Shown in pieces: positions 1 through 7,019 of a DNA stretch of 19,232 nt. Source of the DNA: Oligoflexales bacterium (GTDB taxonomy: Bacteria; Bdellovibrionota_B; Oligoflexia; Oligoflexales; Bog-1112). How positions within the stretch are numbered: position 1 is the first letter of the stretch; the number at the start of each line of letters is the position of its first letter. Under the pieces are notes generated by a model. The model did no database searches, was not told where the DNA came from, and saw only the letters and a program-made list of their open reading frames with translations. Location: positions 1 to 19,232 of the forward strand of contig JBGCDR010000038.1 of NCBI GenBank assembly GCA_045105515.1, written 5' to 3'. Both the position numbers and the translations under genes were made by a program.

Positions 1-255
1 TCACTTGTCTTTCCGGTAACATGAAAATAAACATATCAAGCCCTCCCAGAATTACGTTTGGGATCAGCTTATCAATATTTACATAATAATCATATAAAAT
101 AATAATATTAGCCGGTTAAAAAATTAGACAACTCTATTATACATGGAAAGTAGGTGTTAATGGGAGCTTAATCTTCGTCTTGCCAGTCATTATTATTAGT
201 CAATGAGCACGACCCTTATTTAATAAAGATCTTAAAATCCTATGCAATTTGGATA

Positions 256-3165
256 ATGGACAATAAAAAAGATATAGCATTTGGCCTTATAATTGGTGGC
301 TTTATAAGCTCTCTTTTCAAAAACATAAAGTTTGAAAAAAGCCAGTACTCTTGGATTAATTCTCTTTATGTAATCCTGATGGGAACACCTTTAGGAGTAT
401 GCGTGAATTGCGCTATGCCAATTTTAAAGGTCATAAGCCAGGAGCGAAAAACCCAGATGGCAATTTCATTGATGATAAGTTCGCCAACTTTAAATATATT
501 CATTGTATCTCTAACATTTACAATGTTCCCCTTTTATTTAGCAGCAATCAAACTTGGATTTTCTTTCTTTACTCTATTTTTTTTGATTCCGCTAATTAGT
601 AAAACCTTTGGAGAGAAGCTGCTTACTAGTTCTGAATCGATTTTCAATAAGTATGTTATCAATGCCTATAACAAAAGCGTCTTGCCTTCACCTTTATTTG
701 AATCTTGGTTTTCAAGCCTTATACAAATATTAAAAGACAATTATCTTATCTTTAAGTTCGTCTTAAAAACTAACGTCCCTCTCGTATTTCTTGGTGGTTT
801 CATTGGATTTATGATCATTCACAGCCTTGATATCTCTAGCTTACAAACTGAAGGAAGCACTCTAAGCCTTGCCATTATAGGTTTATTAAGCTTACTTATC
901 CCATTACCTGTTTCTTTTGATATTACACTCACTCATGTCCTATATGAAGAGGGCATGAGCATAGCATTTACCAGTATTCTCTTATGCAACCTCGGTATTA
1001 TTAGTATTTATACCTTTTTTATAATATGGACGAATGGTCTAAAAAGATGGGCTATTACACTTTTTTGTGGTGTGTTTTTCTTAAGCTATTTGATCGGATT
1101 ATTAGCACCAAACCTACATGAAAAATTTTACATAAATCAGAATATTTCAGCACTCCATGCCACTATAGTTCAAGAACAACAGAGAATAAGCAATCAGAAA
1201 TTATCAACTTTTTCCCATGAGGGTCAGTTACGACAAGCCAGGACCTTACCTAGAATAAAACTCCCCCTAAAGCACCCAGAAATTGAAATTTTTCACAGAA
1301 GCTTTCTACTGACAAAGGATCCATTTCAGCAAGAATCTTTCACTAAAATAGAAGGGGCTAGCATAGGCTTAATAGAAGGATTCCAGTATGCAATAAGCGA
1401 CTATCCAGCTCCATTCTGGATGGGTAGGGGAAGCGGTGCTGGTGATTTTAATAAGGACGGTTGGCCTGATATTGCTTTCGGTACATCCAGTGGTATAGCC
1501 TTGTATCAAAATGTAAATGGACATTTCAAAAGTATGATCCTTAGCTCCAAGATTAAAGCATTCAATGTATATTCTGTCGCATTTGTTGACCTCAATAATG
1601 ATTCTTGGTTGGATTTATTTTTTACCACTTTTACCAGAGGCAACTTTGTAATTTTAAATACTCAATCAGGAAGTTTTGCAAATGAGCTCATCTCTATTCC
1701 AAATAACAAAGGAATCATCACCCTTAGCCCAGCAATTGCCGATTTTGATGGCAATGGTTACCTAGATATTTTTAATGGCAATATCGCTTTAGGAACCGTC
1801 ACTGGCTCCTGGAAACTCAAAGGAAGGGGCAGAGAAAATTCCCTTACCTACAATCAAAATCTCAGGTTTAGCGAATCGCAGTTTCCAGGTCAACATGGTG
1901 AAACCATGTCGACATTGGCAAGTGACCTGAATAATGATGGCAAATTGGACCTATACCAAGCCCATGACTTCATCATCCCTGATCAATTCCACTACGACGT
2001 CCATGGCTTCATTGAAAAAAATAACAAGCCAAATAAGCTCCCTATTCCCTACAGCCCATTTTTTTCCAGGAGTGCTGATAGTGGAGACCTAAATAATGAT
2101 GGATTTCTTGACCTAGTTCTGACGGGAACAAACTCATTGAGCCTATCAGCTCAAACTACACGTGATGAGCTTTTACAACAAAGGGTGATTCAAGACTCGA
2201 ACAATAACCCATGCCATCTCATAGAAGACTTATCCGCGAAAAAGAGATGCGAGTCAGTTCAAGAGACTTGGAAACAACTGAATAATACCAATTTTTTTCG
2301 GCCTCAAATTTCTGATTGCGATTCTTTAATATCTTCCCAAGAAAAAAAGCAATGCATTATTGCTTTGAAGTTGAGTGCTATAATTTCCAATAAGAATCAA
2401 GTAGATTGTAACCAAGACGCTTTCGATCAGCAAATTTTTGAAATATGCAAAATTTTGAAAAAAAAATCCATATCCTTAAGCCAAGATGAACTTGAAAAAA
2501 TTTCTAAAATCAAACAAAAAGATTCGGCTTTCATTTATATTCAAGAGAAAAAAAATCAGTTCATTGACATCAATCAGATTAATCCGGAAAGCTTTGAACA
2601 TCCTGGAGGCTCGACTTGGAATACAAAGATCGCTGATCTCGATTCTGATGGATTCCAAGATATCATAAACAGCGAAGGGGCCATTAATTCGAAAAAAACC
2701 GGCTGGAATACTTTTATGCATAACCAGGGGAATGGCTCCTTTAAAGAAGCACAATGGTCAAAACGACTTACCGATCCATTTAGTTTATTTAGTTTTGTAC
2801 TTATCGACTATGACTTTGATGGTGACCTCGATCTCATCGGAAACTCTTCTGCTGGGCCCATCCAGGTCTATAAGAACAGGACGAAACATCATTCAATTAG
2901 CTTTATTCTGCAAGACTACCAAGGCAATCGCTTTGGAATAGGTTCGAAAATTTATTTGAAAACGGCAAAAGGTCTCCAACTTCGAGAAGTAAAGGCTAGT
3001 GGTGGTTACCTGAGCTTCGATCCTATGAGTATTCATTTTGGTCTTGGGGAATCCACAAGTGCTTCTGAACTAAAAATTGTTTGGCCTGACGGTGAAAGCC
3101 ATGTTATGCCAGGCACCTGGAAGGCTGGTCACCAGTACGAAATCAGACGACTACCAAATAACTAA
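256..3165 (+). CDS. Fusion protein: N-terminal DUF318/ArsP-like multi-pass permease plus C-terminal FG-GAP/VCBS repeats and ASPIC/UnbV domain (CRTAC1-like)
   Basis: About 285 hydrophobic N-terminal aa with GTPLGVCVNCAMPI and SSPTLN motifs. Repeated Ca-binding DxxxDGxxD motifs follow (GDFNKDGWPD, DLNNDSWLD, DFDGNGYLD, DLNNDGKLD, DLDSDGFQD, DYDFDGDLD). The C-terminal GNRFGIGSKI...GGYLSFD...HFGLG...IVWPDG is typical of ASPIC/UnbV. The frame is open upstream to 172, so the start is uncertain. Confidence 0.85.
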   Translation: MDNKKDIAFGLIIGGFISSLFKNIKFEKSQYSWINSLYVILMGTPLGVCVNCAMPILKVISQERKTQMAISLMISSPTLNIFIVSLTFTMFPFYLAAIKLGFSFFTLFFLIPLISKTFGEKLLTSSESIFNKYVINAYNKSVLPSPLFESWFSSLIQILKDNYLIFKFVLKTNVPLVFLGGFIGFMIIHSLDISSLQTEGSTLSLAIIGLLSLLIPLPVSFDITLTHVLYEEGMSIAFTSILLCNLGIISIYTFFIIWTNGLKRWAITLFCGVFFLSYLIGLLAPNLHEKFYINQNISALHATIVQEQQRISNQKLSTFSHEGQLRQARTLPRIKLPLKHPEIEIFHRSFLLTKDPFQQESFTKIEGASIGLIEGFQYAISDYPAPFWMGRGSGAGDFNKDGWPDIAFGTSSGIALYQNVNGHFKSMILSSKIKAFNVYSVAFVDLNNDSWLDLFFTTFTRGNFVILNTQSGSFANELISIPNNKGIITLSPAIADFDGNGYLDIFNGNIALGTVTGSWKLKGRGRENSLTYNQNLRFSESQFPGQHGETMSTLASDLNNDGKLDLYQAHDFIIPDQFHYDVHGFIEKNNKPNKLPIPYSPFFSRSADSGDLNNDGFLDLVLTGTNSLSLSAQTTRDELLQQRVIQDSNNNPCHLIEDLSAKKRCESVQETWKQLNNTNFFRPQISDCDSLISSQEKKQCIIALKLSAIISNKNQVDCNQDAFDQQIFEICKILKKKSISLSQDELEKISKIKQKDSAFIYIQEKKNQFIDINQINPESFEHPGGSTWNTKIADLDSDGFQDIINSEGAINSKKTGWNTFMHNQGNGSFKEAQWSKRLTDPFSLFSFVLIDYDFDGDLDLIGNSSAGPIQVYKNRTKHHSISFILQDYQGNRFGIGSKIYLKTAKGLQLREVKASGGYLSFDPMSIHFGLGESTSASELKIVWPDGESHVMPGTWKAGHQYEIRRLPNN

Positions 3166-3207
3166 ATATTCATACAGCAAACTCACCACCATGCTAAGCA
3201 CCGTGAG

Positions 3208-4644
3208 CTAAGAAGCCTTATCGCGCACTTTATGATAGAGGTTTAGCAATATTTTTTGATTAACTACAAAACAAATGCAGACATAACAACTACCCAAAAA
3301 GCACACCTGTAAGAGGAAGTGATATCCATCTAAGGGAAAAGAAAGAAAATAGGCAATAAGTCCCACAAGTCCACCTGCAGCAATATTTCTTAGACAGGAA
3401 GAATAAATTATTTGCTCAAGATAGGGCCTTGAAAAATAAGCAAGGATAGAAGCTGACAGTAGCTTTCCGCACAGCATAGCAAAGGACACCCCCCAAAGGG
3501 AACGTAAGCTAGGAATACTTTTGCATAAGAGGAATAAAACAACGCTCATAAATAGTCCCAGGGTCAAGGAAAGGATTATTTTTTTAGTTTCTGCTTTCGT
3601 CGCTAAGATCTGCAAACCATAAAGAGTAATGCCCACAGCTCCAATATTCCCAGTAGCCTGGATAAAAAGCAGGCCATATTGCTCTCCCCGGACCTCTCCC
3701 AGAAGCAATGAAAGAATATCCTGCTCAAAGAAAAGGCAAAAAACTAGAAAAGGGACCAAAAGGAAGCTCAGCACAAATAGGGCGGAATGATAGTGTTTGC
3801 TTACCTGCTCTTTATCTTTGCACAAGAGTGCTTCGGAAAAAAAGACCATGCCAATTGCTGTCAAGAAGCTGTAAACAGCATTATTGATCCTAACAGGTCC
3901 AGCATAATAACCGGTACCTACATCTGCAAACAATGATTGCACCATAAGCCAATCGACACGGATGAATAAAATATTCAAAATTGCAATTGATGCAAATGGA
4001 AGGGTCTTTATAAACGCTTGCTTGACAAGAGCAAAAGATTTGGGGACCACGAGTGGGTATTTTCGAACAAATATAGCAAAGGTTGCAAAGTTTACTATTG
4101 TATTAGCGCAGCAATGCAATACGGCGTAAAGGATGCCATCATCAGCTTGCTCAATATAAAAAACAATTCCAAGTAGTGACACTACCTTGCTCAATACAAT
4201 GATGATGGACATAAGAGGGATTTTTTGTAGGCCTATATTCATCCAACTAGCATCAAGTGCATTGCCAAGAATAGTAAAGCTCAATGCAAGTACTAGCATT
4301 TGGTATCGTGCTATGCCTAGATCAAGATTAAAGGCTCCGAGAATAAACAAACTTAAACAAAATGCATGAACAAGCTTTAGCAGCAAGGTATGGGTAAACA
4401 CCTGCTGAATTTCTCCATCTCTATCCTTCGATTGGCCAACCCTTATAGAGGCATAGTCATGGTAGCCAAAGGTTATAAAGGGAACTGACATTTCAACTAA
4501 AGAAATTCCAAATTGAGCAGTGCCAAAGGCTTCATACCCTATGCGATCGATTACAAACCTAAAGATAATCAATGGATAAATTTTATTGAAAATTTCTACC
4601 AGAACTGTCAGTAAGATTGACAGGGATAAACGGCGAAAGTGCAT
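3208..4644 (-). CDS. Wzx-type oligosaccharide flippase (MOP/polysaccharide biosynthesis exporter)
   Basis: 478 aa with many hydrophobic segments. N-terminal 'R.IG.EAFG......SLV......ITFGY..Y' pattern, 'W..IGLQK', and 'RVDWLMV......GTGYYA' match PST flippases. A glycosyltransferase gene is adjacent. Confidence 0.85.
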   Translation of the reverse strand: MHFRRLSLSILLTVLVEIFNKIYPLIIFRFVIDRIGYEAFGTAQFGISLVEMSVPFITFGYHDYASIRVGQSKDRDGEIQQVFTHTLLLKLVHAFCLSLFILGAFNLDLGIARYQMLVLALSFTILGNALDASWMNIGLQKIPLMSIIIVLSKVVSLLGIVFYIEQADDGILYAVLHCCANTIVNFATFAIFVRKYPLVVPKSFALVKQAFIKTLPFASIAILNILFIRVDWLMVQSLFADVGTGYYAGPVRINNAVYSFLTAIGMVFFSEALLCKDKEQVSKHYHSALFVLSFLLVPFLVFCLFFEQDILSLLLGEVRGEQYGLLFIQATGNIGAVGITLYGLQILATKAETKKIILSLTLGLFMSVVLFLLCKSIPSLRSLWGVSFAMLCGKLLSASILAYFSRPYLEQIIYSSCLRNIAAGGLVGLIAYFLSFPLDGYHFLLQVCFLGSCYVCICFVVNQKILLNLYHKVRDKAS

Positions 4645-4707
4645 TTTGGTTCTTCAGCTCCATAGCTTTAGTGTGGGTAAACAAGGCGGTGTTGGCACCT
4701 CCATAAT

Positions 4708-4757
4708 AGCCACCATAGCCATTTTTGCCTATGCTAAAAACAATAGCCGCGGTGGCT
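4708..4757 (-). other. Long imperfect hairpin in the flippase upstream region
   Basis: On the minus strand AGCCACCGCGGCUAU pairs with AUGGCUAUGGUGGCU at 14 of 15 positions. Three of these pairs are G-U wobbles that exist only on this strand. An inner U/A stem and GC-AUAG-GC close the hairpin. Confidence 0.5.
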
Positions 4758-4884
4758 GACCCATATTTAAAACCGGACAGATTGAAATTAATTTTGAAAA
4801 AAAACATAGACGAGATTCAAGCCCAAGATTTACAATCAGTTTTCAAGATTGTGTAAGATCAGTTATTGCTAATGGGCAGAAAAT

Positions 4885-5853
4885 ATGAACATTTTGACTT
4901 TCAATCATCATGAGTCTTATATCCGCTCATTAGCTGGCACTGGACATAACTATGAACTTATCGTCGCTCGTAAAGGCCTGGACTTATCCTGGAACTCCAG
5001 CAGCGGGCCGATTCCTGCAAATGTAACTCTTGTAAACTTTGATGAGCAAGTCAGAAAAAAACTAAGGAAGGGGTTCTACTCTTTAGTTATCTGCCATACT
5101 GTCAAAAACCTCTTTTGGATGTTTTTTTATTTTAAGCCAAGATATATATTTATTGCACATATACCCCTTTTTTTTGACTCACCCCTCAACCGCTTAAAGT
5201 CAATAAGCAAGCGCTTTATGGTCGAGTTTTTTGAAGCCTTTCATAAGTTTAATTTTGTCGCAGTGAGCGAATTTAAACGCAAAAAATGGGACAAAAAAGG
5301 TACTACCATTGTCCTTACTCCCCAGGAAATTGCAAATCAACCAGACCTTGAACGATTTGCTAGCAAGAAGCTCCCTCCTGTCATCGTGGTTGCCAATAAA
5401 GTTGAAGAACGTAAAGAGGAACTGGGATTTAAGCTTATCGAAAAAATCAATAGCCACTTCCCTGTATTGATTATTGGCAACAACGAAGGCTTAGAAAATG
5501 CAATTAGACCGAATAATCATAGTGAATTTGCAGAGCTTTTTTCAAAAGGAAAAGTCTACCTTTATACCATAAAGCAACCTTTTGGTGATGGCTACAACAC
5601 CGCTATGCTAGAAGCCATGTCCTTAGGAATTCCTGTTGTCACCGTGGAAAATCCAAGCTCTCCTATCAGGCATGATATCAACGGTCTTATCGGAAGAGAT
5701 GTTAACGAACTGATAAGACACATTGGCACATTGCTTAAAAATGAAGCGAAACGGCAATTCTTAGGTCTAAATGCTAAAGCCACCATCGAGCAAAAATTTT
5801 CTCATACTCATTTTGTTAGTAACTGGAAAAACTTGATTGAGAGCGTCGGCTAA
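4885..5853 (+). CDS. Glycosyltransferase family 4 (GT-B fold)
   Basis: C-terminal GT4 signature DGYNTAMLEAMSLGIPVV, followed by 'IRHDINGLI' and 'LGLNAKATIEQKFS'. AVSEF in the N-terminal lobe. Confidence 0.85.
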   Translation: MNILTFNHHESYIRSLAGTGHNYELIVARKGLDLSWNSSSGPIPANVTLVNFDEQVRKKLRKGFYSLVICHTVKNLFWMFFYFKPRYIFIAHIPLFFDSPLNRLKSISKRFMVEFFEAFHKFNFVAVSEFKRKKWDKKGTTIVLTPQEIANQPDLERFASKKLPPVIVVANKVEERKEELGFKLIEKINSHFPVLIIGNNEGLENAIRPNNHSEFAELFSKGKVYLYTIKQPFGDGYNTAMLEAMSLGIPVVTVENPSSPIRHDINGLIGRDVNELIRHIGTLLKNEAKRQFLGLNAKATIEQKFSHTHFVSNWKNLIESVG

Positions 5854-6640
5854 GAGTCATCGAAAAGTGGGTATCTCCTTGTATATTGGCTAGTTGCTCC
5901 CCTTTTAGGAACCGACAAACATTGAGAAAATACTGAAGGATCAAGTCGAGTTCTTGTGAAATCTTGTCGAAGTTATGAGCTTCAGTGAATAGAATCTTTT
6001 CGATTTTTACCTTCGCTTTTTCAAGTTCACCGTATTTTTCAGGTTCCTGATTGATCACATCTTCAAGAATTGGAAGAATTTCAAATACGCCTCCCACGAT
6101 ATTAGAACCAGTATCATTGATTTCTTTCTGAGTTTTACCAAGGTATTTTAGTAAATTAGATTTTTCAATAAGATTATTTATCACTTCATAAGCTTGATAA
6201 AGCTTGTCTACTACCCTTTTGTTAGTATTTCTTAGACGCTGTGATAAAAGCTCAGAAGCACCCTTGTAAAAGCTTGAGGCAATGTTTGGATTTTCTTTTA
6301 ACAAATTTTTAAATTCTTGTTTACTACAGTAAAGAAGACGAACAGAATCTGTATTGACCACCAAGTTGGCAGAAGCGAGGTCAATATCCTCAATCAATGA
6401 CATTTCACCAAAACATGAACCTTTTTCCAAGACTGCTAGGCACGTATCAAATTTCTCAGCCTGCACCTCCATCTGACCCTCATTGATAATATAGATTCCC
6501 TCGACTGGCCTTCCAAATTCAGCAACGACCTTCCCTTTTTCATGTTCGAGTACTTTAAACTTAGCAGATAGAAAACTAGCATCTTGAGGACTGAGGTTCT
6601 TAAAAATTGGAATTTCTTGTACAGAAACTTTTATAGCCAT
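5816..6640 (-). CDS. Cyclic-nucleotide-binding domain protein with C-terminal helical domain (no Crp HTH recognisable)
   Basis: IPIFKNLS...GIYIINEGQMEV...LEKGSCFGEMSL...LSQRLR is a cNMP fold. Start placed at ATG 6640 because GGGAG lies just upstream (the ORF track starts at 6652). The 3' end overlaps the GT gene by 38 bp and may be mis-framed. Confidence 0.8.
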   Translation of the reverse strand: MAIKVSVQEIPIFKNLSPQDASFLSAKFKVLEHEKGKVVAEFGRPVEGIYIINEGQMEVQAEKFDTCLAVLEKGSCFGEMSLIEDIDLASANLVVNTDSVRLLYCSKQEFKNLLKENPNIASSFYKGASELLSQRLRNTNKRVVDKLYQAYEVINNLIEKSNLLKYLGKTQKEINDTGSNIVGGVFEILPILEDVINQEPEKYGELEKAKVKIEKILFTEAHNFDKISQELDLILQYFLNVCRFLKGEQLANIQGDTHFSMTLSRRSQSSFSSY

Positions 6641-6668
6641 GGACTCTCCCACCTAAACTACTACTGGT

Positions 6669-7019
6669 CTATTCTTTAAACCAAGCTAACATTTTCAAGT
6701 CATTTGTATACCGAGTTTTTAGAACACGAGATTGCTTACCCTTGCGGACAACAAGGTGAGAAGTGACATTAAAAGGAAAATAGACCACTAAGCGTCCACG
6801 ACCGTGACCTTTTGTGAAGAGAAGTTCGCGATTTTCGCCCCCCTCAAGAATGACGCGTTCTGGAAGATTATAGAACGCAGACATTTCAGCAAGTGGATCA
6901 AAAACAGTCCATTTTTCTGCCTGTTTGGCTAGAAAATCGTCACTTATGCCAATCACATTTGTTGAAACAAGACTTGCTACCTTGATTTTTAAGAGCCCAT
7001 GCTTAAAGGATTGTACTTG
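6669..7019 (-). CDS. C-terminal segment of the S8 protease, separated by a 1-nt frameshift (probably not an independent gene)
   Basis: The frame of the 95-aa ORF is open back to 7019 (QVQSFKHGLLKIKVASLVSTNVIGISDDFL) and overlaps the last codons of the S8 ORF in the -1 frame. There is no clear RBS before GTG 6956. From recall, the sequence resembles the C-termini of Bdellovibrio-type Vpr-like subtilases. Confidence 0.65.
   Translation of the reverse strand, partial: QVQSFKHGLLKIKVASLVSTNVIGISDDFLAKQAEKWTVFDPLAEMSAFYNLPERVILEGGENRELLFTKGHGRGRLVVYFPFNVTSHLVVRKGKQSRVLKTRYTNDLKMLAWFKE

Noticed and set aside
4685..4694. ops/JUMPstart element (GGCGGTGTTG) near polysaccharide genes
   Set aside because: Deviates from GGCGGTAG, lacks the rest of JUMPstart, and precedes only a single gene.
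4583..4807. 74-aa minus-strand ORF with GYGGYYGG
   Set aside because: Overlaps the flippase start and has no RBS. The Gly/Tyr pattern is a by-product of the GGCTAT repeats.
6669..6956. 95-aa ORF as an independent gene
   Set aside because: Better explained as the frameshifted C-terminus of the S8 protease.
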